Positions 7,981-16,687 are shown, counted from the stretch's first letter. The stretch: 64,000 nucleotides of DNA from Candidatus Nealsonbacteria bacterium (GCA_026396115.1 JAPLXL010000005.1:2967-66966), one strand, 5' to 3'. Program-made: numbers and translations. Notes: generated by a model not told the origin, from the letters alone.

Positions 7981-8271
7981 ATGACAGTCGAGATTGACGT
8001 GGAAAGAGTGGACGGCAAAGCAGTAAGATTGGTGGCCTGGATAGGCGACATTAAGAGTAAATGGATTCGCCGACCCGACACCGGAGAGCCTTATGAAGCA
8101 AGCCGGAGTAACGTTGGAGTACAGGTCTTAGACCAAGACACTCTGTGGATTTCTCCCGGGGACTATAGAGATCTTTACCGAACGGTTAATAAGGTTTTCA
8201 GTGAAGACCGTTCCAAGTCTCGTCCCCGCAAAAAGAAGCTCCAATCGGAACTTCAGGGGAAACTCTTCTAA
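7981..8271 (+). CDS. Hypothetical protein, G+C-richer orphan
   Basis: ATG preceded by aaaggatggtg. 96 aa ending in a basic tail (SKSRPRKKK). No recognisable domain. Has its own promoter and terminator. Confidence 0.45.
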   Translation: MTVEIDVERVDGKAVRLVAWIGDIKSKWIRRPDTGEPYEASRSNVGVQVLDQDTLWISPGDYRDLYRTVNKVFSEDRSKSRPRKKKLQSELQGKLF

Positions 8272-8273
8272 TA

Positions 8274-8325
8274 GCGCGATCTAAAACATTTCTAACAGTC
8301 ATGGGTCGCGCTTTTTGTTTTTTTT
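8274..8325 (+). terminator. Putative terminator
   Basis: AGCGCGA...TCGCGCT stem (large loop) followed by a long T-run. Confidence 0.5.
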
Positions 8326-8347
8326 AAAAAAATGGTAAAATGATCTT

Positions 8348-8902
8348 ATGAACAGAGAAGAGGCTTTTAATATATTAAAAGAAAATCTTTCAAATCAGAA
8401 TTTAATTAAGCATAGTTTGGCCGTGGAGGCGATAATGAGGGTTTTGGCCCGGCACTTTGGCAAAGATCAAGAAAAGTGGGCCTTGGCAGGATTATTGCAT
8501 GATATTGATTACGACAAAGTAAAAAATGATTTGTCTCAGCATTCTTTAGCCGGGGCTCAAATGTTAGAAAAATTAGGATTAGATAAAGATATTTGTCAGG
8601 CAGTAAAGGTTCATAATGAAGCTCACGGCATAGCTCCCGAGACCATAATGGAAAAAGCTTTGTTCGTTACCGATCCCTTGACCGGTTTAATCGTGGCTGC
8701 TGCTTTGGTTTTGCCGTCAAAAAAATTAAATGATCTGACTCCGGAAAATGTTTTAAATCGTTTCAAGGAAAAAGCCTTTGCCAGAGGAGCTAATCGGGAG
8801 ATTATTAAGAAATGCGAAGATTTGCTTAACTTAAAATTAGAAGAATTTGTTAAAGTCGGTCTTGAGGCAATGCAAAAAAGTTCTCAAGAATTAGGCCTAT
8901 GA
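8348..8902 (+). CDS. HD-domain (HDIG-type) phosphohydrolase
   Basis: H...LLHDIDY motif and a size of ~184 aa. Confidence 0.8.
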   Translation: MNREEAFNILKENLSNQNLIKHSLAVEAIMRVLARHFGKDQEKWALAGLLHDIDYDKVKNDLSQHSLAGAQMLEKLGLDKDICQAVKVHNEAHGIAPETIMEKALFVTDPLTGLIVAAALVLPSKKLNDLTPENVLNRFKEKAFARGANREIIKKCEDLLNLKLEEFVKVGLEAMQKSSQELGL

Positions 8903-9591
8903 ACAATAATAAACCAGTTCAATTATCTCCCAATTCTTTGAATTTATATCTGGAGTGCCCTTGTTGTTTCTGGCTGGAAAAGAAAATGAAAATCAGAAGG
9001 CCCCAGCCCTACCCTTACGCTTTGAATACCGCCGTTGACCTTCTTTTAAAGGAGGAATTTGACGACTACAGAAAAAAAGGCGAGCTACATCCTTTGCTTT
9101 TAGCCTACAATATTAAGGCCAAACTTTTCCCAAACCAAGAATTATTGAACCAGTGGAGAAGCAATTTCAGCGGAATCCGCTATTATGATAAAGAATTGGA
9201 CGCCACTCTTTTTGGCGCTGTTGACGATATTTTAGAGTTTGAAGACGGCAAATTAGCCCCTTTGGATTATAAATCTACGGGTAGCGCAACGGCCAATATC
9301 TACGACCGTTTTCAAATACAGATGGATGTTTATACTTATCTTTTGGAAAAAAACGGATTTCCAACAACCAAAAAGGGATATTTAGCTTTTTATATTGTTA
9401 ACAAGAAAAACGGTTTTGGAGACAGATTGCCTTTCAGAAAAGAAATTCAGGAAATAGAAACAGATCCTTCGGACATCCCTCAATTATTTAAAGAAGCGGT
9501 GGCGATTTTAAAAAGAGTCGTGCCGCCGCCGCACAACCAGGAATGTCAATACGGCCAATGGTTCAAAAAAGCCTCCAGTTTCAACAACTAA
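8899..9591 (+). CDS. PD-(D/E)XK nuclease family protein (Cas4/RecB-like fold with Cys cluster)
   Basis: ECPCCFW near the N-terminus, VDDILEF...LAPLDYKST (D...D/E-x-K), and C-terminal Cys/His residues. ATGA overlap with the upstream HD gene. Confidence 0.65.
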   Translation: MNNNKPVQLSPNSLNLYLECPCCFWLEKKMKIRRPQPYPYALNTAVDLLLKEEFDDYRKKGELHPLLLAYNIKAKLFPNQELLNQWRSNFSGIRYYDKELDATLFGAVDDILEFEDGKLAPLDYKSTGSATANIYDRFQIQMDVYTYLLEKNGFPTTKKGYLAFYIVNKKNGFGDRLPFRKEIQEIETDPSDIPQLFKEAVAILKRVVPPPHNQECQYGQWFKKASSFNN

Positions 9592-9596
9592 AATTT

Positions 9597-10115
9597 ATGG
9601 CCAGAAAGAAATTGGTAAAAAAAGTCGTTATTGGCGGAACTTTTGATATTTTGCACAGGGGACACGAGGCATTATTAAAAAGGACTTTTAGTTTGGGGGA
9701 AACAACTATCGGATTAACTTCAAACAAAATGGCTGAAAAAATTAAAAGAAGAAGGGTTGGAAATTTTCGAAGCAGAAAAAAAGAATTGGAAAAATTTATA
9801 AAAGAATGGTTGCTGGGCAAATATAAAATAAAGAAAATTGAAGACAAATTCGGCCCCACTTTAAAAGAAGATTTTGATTATATTGTGGTTTCTCCGGAAA
9901 CTTACAAAACGGCCTTGCTCATCAACAAAAAACGCCGGGAAATAAAGAAAAAACCGATAAAAATTGTTAAAATAAAGTTTGTTTTGGGAGAAAACGGAAA
10001 ACCCATCAGCGCCACTCAAATAATAAAAGGCAAAATAGATAAACAGGGAAAATTAATTACCGAGTCACGCTTGCGGGACGAAGGTGAAGAAGAGAACGAA
10101 GTTCTCTTCGCCTAA
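9597..10115 (+). CDS. Cytidylyltransferase-family nucleotidyltransferase (archaeal-type PPAT-like)
   Basis: VVIGGTFDILHRGHEALL (HxGH). The start was moved to MARKK at 9597. The last ~18 aa and the stop lie inside a repeat element. Confidence 0.7.
   Translation: MARKKLVKKVVIGGTFDILHRGHEALLKRTFSLGETTIGLTSNKMAEKIKRRRVGNFRSRKKELEKFIKEWLLGKYKIKKIEDKFGPTLKEDFDYIVVSPETYKTALLINKKRREIKKKPIKIVKIKFVLGENGKPISATQIIKGKIDKQGKLITESRLRDEGEEENEVLFA
10059..10112 (+). repeat. Hairpin repeat family copy (A) forming the C-terminus of the 9597 CDS
   Basis: accgagtcacgcttgcgggacgaaggtgaagaagagaacgaagttctcttcgcc, translated as TESRLRDEGEEENEVLFA*. Confidence 0.85.
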
Positions 10116-10194
10116 AAATTGTGCCTTTTCTTTTTGAAAATGGTAAAATAGTAAACAAAGGGTCGATAATAAATTTTAATTTTTAAGTAAATAT

Positions 10195-10956
10195 ATGTGC
10201 AACCTAAAAGAAGAAGTTAAAAATATATTTGTCGTGATATTGGGATTATTTTTAATTGCCCTGATTATTTCTACGGCAATTGATATTAAAAATAAATTAG
10301 AAGAAACGGAAAATACAATTACAGTTTCAGAAACCGGAACCGTTTATATTAAGCCAGATTTGGCTTTGATAAACTTCTCCATAGTTACCGAAGCTGAAAC
10401 GGTAGCCGAAGCCATGGGCAAAAATACCGAGAAAATGAATGCCGTAATTAATTTTGTGAAAGAACAGGGTATAGAGGATAAAGATTTAAAAACCACAAGT
10501 TTTGATATTTATCCTCGTTACGAATGGTATGATAAGACCCAAAATTATCCTTCCGGGGAAAGAGTATTGGTGGGGTATGAAGTAAGACAGTCGCTTCAAA
10601 CAAAAATCAGAGATATGGAAAAAATCGGTGAGATTATTGAAGGTGGAACCTCGGCCGGAGCCAATGAGGTCAGCGATTTACAATTTACCGTTGATAATCA
10701 AGATGAATTTAAAAAACAAGCGAGAGAAGAAGCAATTACCAAGGCTAAGGCTAAGGCAGAAGAATTAGCCAAACAGTTAGGAGTGAACTTAGTGAGAATC
10801 AGTAATTTCAGTGAAAGCAGCATTTTGCCTTACTTTTATTCAGCAAAAGAATCGGCTATGGGGCTGGGCGGAGCGGAAACTGTCCCTCTTCCTGAAATTG
10901 AAACCGGAGAAAATAAAATAGAGGTGACAGTAAGCATCACTTATGAAATTAATTAA
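10195..10956 (+). CDS. SIMPL/DUF541 domain protein
   Basis: N-terminal TM, then ITVSETGTVYIKPDLALINFSIVTEA and the C-terminal GENKIEVTVSITYEI pattern typical of DUF541. Confidence 0.8.
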   Translation: MCNLKEEVKNIFVVILGLFLIALIISTAIDIKNKLEETENTITVSETGTVYIKPDLALINFSIVTEAETVAEAMGKNTEKMNAVINFVKEQGIEDKDLKTTSFDIYPRYEWYDKTQNYPSGERVLVGYEVRQSLQTKIRDMEKIGEIIEGGTSAGANEVSDLQFTVDNQDEFKKQAREEAITKAKAKAEELAKQLGVNLVRISNFSESSILPYFYSAKESAMGLGGAETVPLPEIETGENKIEVTVSITYEIN

Positions 10957-11272
10957 AAACGAAGAGAGAAAGATAGTTTGGACGGAGCATTCAAAAATGA
11001 AATTAAAGCAATACCGATTTTCAGAAAAAAGAGTTTTAAGAATTTTTCGCCAACCGGATAGAACAGAAGAGGGGATAGCCGAAGGAACAATTGCGGTAAT
11101 GCAGATTACAGGTACCAAGAGAAATTCTACCGAAGCCTGGATGATGTATGTAATAATGAAAAGACCCAAGGGAATTAAAATAATTTCTGCCTGGAGGTAT
11201 CCCGGAAGAACGCCGAAAGGCGAAAGGCCGATTATTCCGGAGGATACTCTTAAAGAATTAGGTTTAATTTAA
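10943..11272 (+). CDS. Hypothetical protein
   Basis: 109-aa ORF overlapping the upstream stop by 14 nt. No secure motif. Confidence 0.45.
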   Translation: MKLIKNEERKIVWTEHSKMKLKQYRFSEKRVLRIFRQPDRTEEGIAEGTIAVMQITGTKRNSTEAWMMYVIMKRPKGIKIISAWRYPGRTPKGERPIIPEDTLKELGLI

Positions 11273-11280
11273 ATATAATT

Positions 11281-11628
11281 ATGAAATATTCGCCAATCGT
11301 CGGTTGGATTCTATTGTTAGCGGGCATCGGCATTATTGGTTGGACACTGATTAATTCTTATAATATTTTCACTGCCAAAGCCGTGTTGCCCGAATTTTTT
11401 GAAGCACCGAAAGAAGAAGTTGTAACCAAAAAAGAAGGCGGCCAGGACATTCAGGTCCAGATGGAGCAGATGATAGGCGAGCAACTGAAAGGAATTTTGC
11501 CTGTTGATTTTATAACAAAACTTTTAAATTTAGTCGTCCGGTCAATACTGGCTTTTATTTTAATTTTCGGCGGCAGCCAAATTTCCGGCCTGGGCATAAA
11601 ATTGATTAAAAACCGAGTCCTGCAGTAA
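11281..11628 (+). CDS. Hypothetical membrane protein
   Basis: Two hydrophobic helices. The stop codon lies inside a repeat element. Confidence 0.5.
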   Translation: MKYSPIVGWILLLAGIGIIGWTLINSYNIFTAKAVLPEFFEAPKEEVVTKKEGGQDIQVQMEQMIGEQLKGILPVDFITKLLNLVVRSILAFILIFGGSQISGLGIKLIKNRVLQ

Positions 11629-11666
11629 CGGGACGAAGGTGGAAAAGAGGATAAAATCCTCTTTGA
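11612..11666 (+). repeat. Hairpin repeat family copy (A variant) bridging two genes
   Basis: accgagtcctgcagtaacgggacgaaggtggaaaagaggataaaatcctctttgac, immediately followed by ttATG (11670). Confidence 0.8.
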
Positions 11667-11669
11667 CTT

Positions 11670-12068
11670 ATGATAGAAGCAGCCAAAAGACAAAATATGG
11701 TTACTCAATATTTAATTTGGCAGTTTTTTGATGTGCCGAGAGAACTTATCAAGGCCTGGAAGAATTTTCTTTTGTTTTATTCAAACTATTTTTCAATTCC
11801 CTTACTTATTAAGACTTTTTTTTCTTATTGGAGAAGATATAAATGGTCTTACGGAAGAGGATTTGATATAGGAAGATACCTCGAAGTTTCCTTTTCTAAT
11901 TTAATTTCTAGAGTTTTGGGAGCCGTAGTCAGGAGTTTTTTGATATTTTTTGGTTCAATTGTGGAAATTTTTATAGTTTTTGTCGGCTTCATTGTTTTTA
12001 TTGGCTGGTTAATTAATCCGGTAATTTTAATTGCCGGATTAATTTTCGGATTTAAAATAATTCTTTAA
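11670..12068 (+). CDS. Hypothetical membrane protein
   Basis: 132 aa with several TM segments. Confidence 0.5.
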   Translation: MIEAAKRQNMVTQYLIWQFFDVPRELIKAWKNFLLFYSNYFSIPLLIKTFFSYWRRYKWSYGRGFDIGRYLEVSFSNLISRVLGAVVRSFLIFFGSIVEIFIVFVGFIVFIGWLINPVILIAGLIFGFKIIL

Positions 12069-12070
12069 TA

Positions 12071-12173
12071 ACCGAGCTTTCGCGCAGCGAAAGCGAATTC
12101 GAAGAACATTCGTTCTTCTCTACCCTTCGTTGCGACTCGGATAGGTGAAGAAGAAAACGAAGTTCTCTTTGAC
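12071..12173. repeat. ~100-nt composite multi-hairpin repeat module
   Basis: accgagctttcgcgcagcgaaagcgaattcgaagaacattcgttcttctctacccttcgttgcgactcggataggtgaagaagaaaacgaagttctctttgac. Near-identical modules lie at 18904 and 21922. Confidence 0.85.
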
Positions 12174-12175
12174 TT

Positions 12176-14770
12176 ATGGCAGATAAATTTAATTTTAATC
12201 TAAAAACAACAGCGATTTATCAGGCAGTAAAATGGGCAAAGAATCCTGTTTTTAAATTGGCAAAATCTTTAAGAAAGCTATTTTTGTTTTTATTTGTTTT
12301 AGTTTTTTTAATATTTATTTATGGGTTTTTAACCGATGCTATCAGTAAAAACGCCCAATCTTTAACCTTAGGATTATCAATAATTTTTCTTACCTTATTT
12401 TTAATTTTTCGGCTAATAGAATCTTTTTTTAATTCAAAAGTTAAAAACCCAAAATTAAACATACAAATTACCGAACTTGTTTCCAATTTAGAAAAGTTCA
12501 ATCTGGCAGATTTTTTAAGTTTTGAAGTTGCCAAAGCAGTTTCAGATTCTATAAAATTTTGCAAAAAAAGGAAAATTGCTGAAATCAGCTCAACTCTGCT
12601 TTTTTACTTTCTTATTTCCAATAATCAAAATTTAAATTTTATATTTTCTCGAGCCCTTTTAAGCGTTAAAGAAATTAAGAAATTTCTTGAAAACTATTTT
12701 AAAACCATAAGCTCCGAAGCCCAGCGAGAGAAGAGGACGAAGTCCTCTTCGAGCATGGTTTATTCGGAAGATTTTCAGTATTCAATTTTTGAATCTCTAA
12801 AAGTAGCCGAAAAAAAGAATCATTTAAGAATTGAAGCGGGAGACATAATTACCGGTCTTGCCAAACATGATTTAATTTTTAAAAAAATTTTAATTGATAA
12901 TAATCTGAAAGTTCAAGATATTGAAAATTTAAGCTGGTGGCTGGAAGATCTGGAAGAAAAAATAAAAGAAAGTAAAAAGTTCTGGGAATGGAAAAACTTA
13001 ATAAAAAGAGGTTCTTTAGGAAAAGAATGGACGGCCGGCTACACTCTTACCTTAGACCGGTTTTCAATTGATTTATCCGAGGTACTAAGGAAAAGAGGAT
13101 TCCCGGAAATTATCGGCCATCAAAAAGAAATTAGTGCCGTGGAAAGGATTTTATCCAGAAGAGAAATAAACAATGTTTTGATAGTTGGCGAAGCGGGCAG
13201 CGGCAGAAAAAGTATGGTTCATGCTTTGGCTAAAAAAAGCGTTTTGGGAGAAAGTTCAGCCGAAGTAAATTATAAAAGAGTTGTTCAATTGGACCTGACA
13301 AACCTTTTAGCCCAGATTTCATCTTTCGAAAAGGTAGAAGTAACTTTGGACAATATCTTTAGAGAAGTGATTTTGGCTGGCAACGTTATTTTGGTTATAG
13401 ACGAGTTTCACAATTTTATTAGCGGCGGCATCAGACCCGGGGTAATAGATATTTCCGGGGTTCTCGCTCCTTATTTGCCATATCCTACTTTTCAGATTGT
13501 AGCCATTACCACTTTTGAAGGTCTTCACAAAAATATTGAACTAAATCCTTCTATTTTATCTCTGTTTGAAAAAGTTGAAGTTGCTGAAGTTTCTGAAAGA
13601 GAGACATTAATGCTTTTGCAAAACCTGAGTTTAATATTGGAACAAAAATACAAAAAATTCGTTTCTTACCAATCCCTCAGAGATATTATTGTTTATTGTT
13701 CAAAGTATTTGCCGGCAATTCCTTTTCCCGAAAAAGCAATGGATTTGCTTGATGAGGTAATGGTTTACCTTAACCAAACCATTAAAGACAAAGTACTTTT
13801 ACCAAAACATATTGCTTATATTATTTCAGAGAAAACTCAAATTCCGATTGGAGAAATAGAAGAAAAAGAAAGACAGGTTTTGCTTAATTTGGAAAATTTA
13901 ATTCATGAGAGAATCATCAATCAGCAGGAAGCTGTTAAAGAGGTTTCCGCCGCCCTAAGAAGGGCCAGGGCAGAGGTTACCACAAGATCTGGCCCCATGG
14001 GAACTTTTTTGTTTTTGGGGCCAACCGGCGTTGGTAAAACCGAGACTTCCAAAGCTCTTGCCGAGATATACTTTGGTTCCGAAGATAGAATGATAAGGTT
14101 AGATATGTCAGAATTTCAAAGCGCTGCGGATATTCCTCATTTACTCGGAGCTCCGGGAGAAGAAGGACTTTTAACCACTGAGGTCAGAAAAAGACCGTTC
14201 TCTTTGATACTTTTAGATGAAATAGAAAAAGCCCATCCCAATGTCTTAAATTTATTTTTGCAAATACTGGACGAAGGACACGTAACGGACGGACTCGGCA
14301 GAAAAGTTGATTTTAAAAATTCGATAATCATTGCTACTTCTAATGCCGGTTATCAAATAATTTTGAAGGCCTTAAAAGAAAAAACCGAATGGTTTAAAGT
14401 TAAACAAAAACTTTTGGACCGTCTTTTTGAAGAAGGGATTTTCAGGCCGGAATTTATCAATCGATTTGATGCAATGGTGGTTTTCAAACCTTTAAGTAAA
14501 GAAAATCTTTTAGATATAGCCGATTTGATGCTCAAAAAATTAAAGAAAAACCTGAAAGAAAAAGAGATTGAGTTTGTTATCACCGAACCTCTCAAAGAAA
14601 GAATAGTTGAATTGGGTTATGACCCGACCTTCGGCGCAAGGCAGATGAGAAGAGTTATTCAAGACAAAATTGAAAATGTTTTAGCTTCTGCGCTTTTGTC
14701 CGGCGAAATCAAAAGGGGGTATAAAGTAGAAATAGATTCTGAAGATTTTAGATTAAAAATAATTCAATAA
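12176..14770 (+). CDS. ClpA/B/C-family double-AAA+ ATPase with N-terminal TM helices
   Basis: D1: IGHQKEISAVERIL..GEAGSGRKS (atypical Walker A) and VILVIDEFHNF. D2: GPTGVGKTE, LILLDEIEKAHP, GARQMRRVIQ. Hydrophobic aa ~35-80. Confidence 0.85.
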   Translation: MADKFNFNLKTTAIYQAVKWAKNPVFKLAKSLRKLFLFLFVLVFLIFIYGFLTDAISKNAQSLTLGLSIIFLTLFLIFRLIESFFNSKVKNPKLNIQITELVSNLEKFNLADFLSFEVAKAVSDSIKFCKKRKIAEISSTLLFYFLISNNQNLNFIFSRALLSVKEIKKFLENYFKTISSEAQREKRTKSSSSMVYSEDFQYSIFESLKVAEKKNHLRIEAGDIITGLAKHDLIFKKILIDNNLKVQDIENLSWWLEDLEEKIKESKKFWEWKNLIKRGSLGKEWTAGYTLTLDRFSIDLSEVLRKRGFPEIIGHQKEISAVERILSRREINNVLIVGEAGSGRKSMVHALAKKSVLGESSAEVNYKRVVQLDLTNLLAQISSFEKVEVTLDNIFREVILAGNVILVIDEFHNFISGGIRPGVIDISGVLAPYLPYPTFQIVAITTFEGLHKNIELNPSILSLFEKVEVAEVSERETLMLLQNLSLILEQKYKKFVSYQSLRDIIVYCSKYLPAIPFPEKAMDLLDEVMVYLNQTIKDKVLLPKHIAYIISEKTQIPIGEIEEKERQVLLNLENLIHERIINQQEAVKEVSAALRRARAEVTTRSGPMGTFLFLGPTGVGKTETSKALAEIYFGSEDRMIRLDMSEFQSAADIPHLLGAPGEEGLLTTEVRKRPFSLILLDEIEKAHPNVLNLFLQILDEGHVTDGLGRKVDFKNSIIIATSNAGYQIILKALKEKTEWFKVKQKLLDRLFEEGIFRPEFINRFDAMVVFKPLSKENLLDIADLMLKKLKKNLKEKEIEFVITEPLKERIVELGYDPTFGARQMRRVIQDKIENVLASALLSGEIKRGYKVEIDSEDFRLKIIQ
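12711..12754 (+). repeat. Hairpin repeat family copy (A-like) in-frame inside the ClpC-like CDS
   Basis: gctccgaagcccagcgagagaagaggacgaagtcctcttcgagc, translated as SSEAQREKRTKSSSSM. Confidence 0.7.
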
Positions 14771-14827
14771 ATCATCTCTTGGGCAATATGCGGTTCCGTT
14801 AAAAACGGGGCCGTTTTATTTTAGGAC

Positions 14828-14995
14828 TGTGGATTTCCTGTGGAAAAATAAACCGTGGTTTTCTATTTTATTCCTATTTTGCCTGTTTTTTAAATGGAAA
14901 AGAATGGTTGACTAAGGATATGAAGTGGATAATAATATAGTTGAAGTGGGGAATTGTGGATAAGTATGTAGATAACTAGCCACTTCTGTGGATAA
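14828..14995 (+). promoter_or_regulatory. Array of same-orientation GTGG boxes (DnaA-box-like TGTGGATAA) overlapping the mraZ promoter; probable MraZ operator
   Basis: tgtggattt 14828, tgtggaaaa 14839, agtggataa 14924, agtggggaa 14945, TGTGGATAA 14955, tgtagataa ~14967, TGTGGATAA 14987. TTGACT lies at 14908. Confidence 0.55.
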
Positions 14996-15013
14996 CTATT
15001 TTACTACTTCATC

Positions 15014-15445
15014 ATGTTCTCAGGAGAATATACATATTCAATAGACGAAAAGAAAAGATTGGCTGTTCCTGTTAAATTCAGGCAGCTTTTAGGTAAGAAA
15101 GCAGTTATCACTCGAGGACTGGATCAATGTTTGTTTCTTTATCCAGCTAAAGAATGGGGAGAATTGGCCAAAAAAATATCTAAACTTCCCTTGGCCCAGG
15201 CCGATGCCAGAAGTTTTGCCAGATTAATGCTGGGCGGAGCAATGGAAGTAAGTTTTGACAATTTGGGCAGAATTTTAATCCCTGATTATTTAAAAAATTA
15301 TTCAGGACTTAAAAAAAGAGTTATTTTTGTTGGCCTTTACAACAGGATTGAGATTTGGGATGAAATAGGATTCCAAAAATACAAAAAGAAAACGGAAATG
15401 GCAGCCGGCGACATAGCAGAACGTCTTAAAGAGTTAGGAGTTTAA
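15014..15445 (+). CDS. mraZ: Transcriptional regulator MraZ
   Basis: MFSGEYTYSIDEKKRLAVPVKFR, duplicated SpoVT-AbrB pattern, first gene of the dcw cluster. Confidence 0.95.
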   Translation: MFSGEYTYSIDEKKRLAVPVKFRQLLGKKAVITRGLDQCLFLYPAKEWGELAKKISKLPLAQADARSFARLMLGGAMEVSFDNLGRILIPDYLKNYSGLKKRVIFVGLYNRIEIWDEIGFQKYKKKTEMAAGDIAERLKELGV

Positions 15446-15449
15446 TATT

Positions 15450-16349
15450 ATGGTTCATATTCCCGTATTGCAAAAAGAGGTTCTCCAGTATCTTGAGCCA
15501 AAGCCGAATGAAAATTTTATTGATTGTACCATAGGAAAAGGAGGTCATGCCTTAGCTATCTTGGAAAAAAATGGTCCAAATGGAAAAGTATTAGGAATCG
15601 ATCAAGACCAGGAAATAATCCAATGTTTAAAAACCCGAGCCGCAGCGAAGGGTGAAGAAGAACGATTGATTCTGGTTTGTGATAATTTTGCTAACTTAGA
15701 GGAAATCGTTAAAAAACAAAATTTTAAAAAAATATCCGGAATTTTATTTGATTTGGGAATGTCAAGCTGGCATTTAGAAGAGTCGGGTCGGGGATTCAGT
15801 TTTTTAAGGAATGAACCATTAGACATGAGATACGATTTAAGAAATCCTTTGACAGCCGAAAAGATAATAAACTTTTGGTCAGAGCCGGATATAGAAAAAA
15901 TTTTAAAAGAATTTGGAGAAGAAAATTTTTCGGAAAAAATTGCCAAAACCATTATTAAAGAAAGAAAATTCGGCTCGATTAAAACAACTTTTCAATTAGT
16001 AAGAATCATTAAAAAAGCAGTTCCTTTAAGATATCAAGAGCAAAGATTACATTGTGCGACAAGAACATTTCAGGCAATAAGAATTGCGGTAAACGAAGAG
16101 TTAGAGAATTTGAGAAAAGTTCTTCCCCAGGCAGTAGAAATTTTGCCAGCCGAGGGAAAACTGATAGTTATTTCTTTTCATTCTTTGGAAGATAGAATTG
16201 TTAAAAATTTTTTTCGGGAAAAAGCCAGAGAAAATATTTTAAAAATAATAACCAAAAAACCGGTCAGTCCCGACTTAAAAGAAATTAAAATTAATACTCG
16301 GTCTCGGTCCGGTAAGCTGAGAACGGCAGTAAAAATATGTCTCAAATAA
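15450..16349 (+). CDS. rsmH: 16S rRNA (cytosine1402-N4)-methyltransferase RsmH
   Basis: HIPVL..EVL..L, DCTIGKGGHA, DLGMSS, ISFHSLEDRIVK. Confidence 0.95.
   Translation: MVHIPVLQKEVLQYLEPKPNENFIDCTIGKGGHALAILEKNGPNGKVLGIDQDQEIIQCLKTRAAAKGEEERLILVCDNFANLEEIVKKQNFKKISGILFDLGMSSWHLEESGRGFSFLRNEPLDMRYDLRNPLTAEKIINFWSEPDIEKILKEFGEENFSEKIAKTIIKERKFGSIKTTFQLVRIIKKAVPLRYQEQRLHCATRTFQAIRIAVNEELENLRKVLPQAVEILPAEGKLIVISFHSLEDRIVKNFFREKARENILKIITKKPVSPDLKEIKINTRSRSGKLRTAVKICLK
15633..15665 (+). repeat. Hairpin repeat family copy (A, 3' arm degenerate) in-frame inside rsmH
   Basis: acccgagccgcagcgaagggtgaagaagaacga, translated as TRAAAKGEEER. Confidence 0.65.
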
Positions 16350-16684
16350 ACAAGCTTTTAGCATCGTCTTTCCCAATTTCAGTAGTGCCCCTTAGATTAA
16401 AACTAAGTTTAGGCTCGAAATTTCTTTGGATTTTTATTATTTTGATAATTTTTTCTCTTTTGATTGTTTTTATATATCAGCTTAATGCTTATGCTTCAGA
16501 AGTTTATTTTATTCAGAGTTCTGAAAAGAAAATAAGCGAATTTACCCAAGAAAATAAAACCTTAGGAATTAATTTCGCCAAAGCTAACTCTTTATGGAAT
16601 ATCGGAAACTACGTTCAAAATTTTGAAAAAGCAGGCAAGATAGAATATATTCGGGTCTTGGAGAGTACGGTCTTGGCAAAGTAA
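16337..16684 (+). CDS. Single-TM protein at the FtsL position of the dcw cluster
   Basis: One TM helix (FLWIFIILIIFSLLIVFIY). Placement between rsmH and ftsI; the call is positional only. Confidence 0.4.
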   Translation: MSQINKLLASSFPISVVPLRLKLSLGSKFLWIFIILIIFSLLIVFIYQLNAYASEVYFIQSSEKKISEFTQENKTLGINFAKANSLWNIGNYVQNFEKAGKIEYIRVLESTVLAK

Positions 16685-16687
16685 CCC

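Noticed and set aside
976-8902. Alternative genetic code (UGA recoding, as in some CPR lineages)
   Set aside because: Conserved genes end at TGA at the expected length (tgt stop 2113-2115, HD-domain gene stop 8900-8902), and conserved ORFs are intact under code 11.
14828-14995. Chromosomal replication origin (oriC) based on two perfect DnaA boxes
   Set aside because: All boxes are in one orientation with helical phasing and sit on the mraZ promoter, which fits the MraZ direct-repeat operator. No dnaA or dnaN is nearby and no obvious AT-rich unwinding repeats are present. It is kept only as an alternative in the findings.
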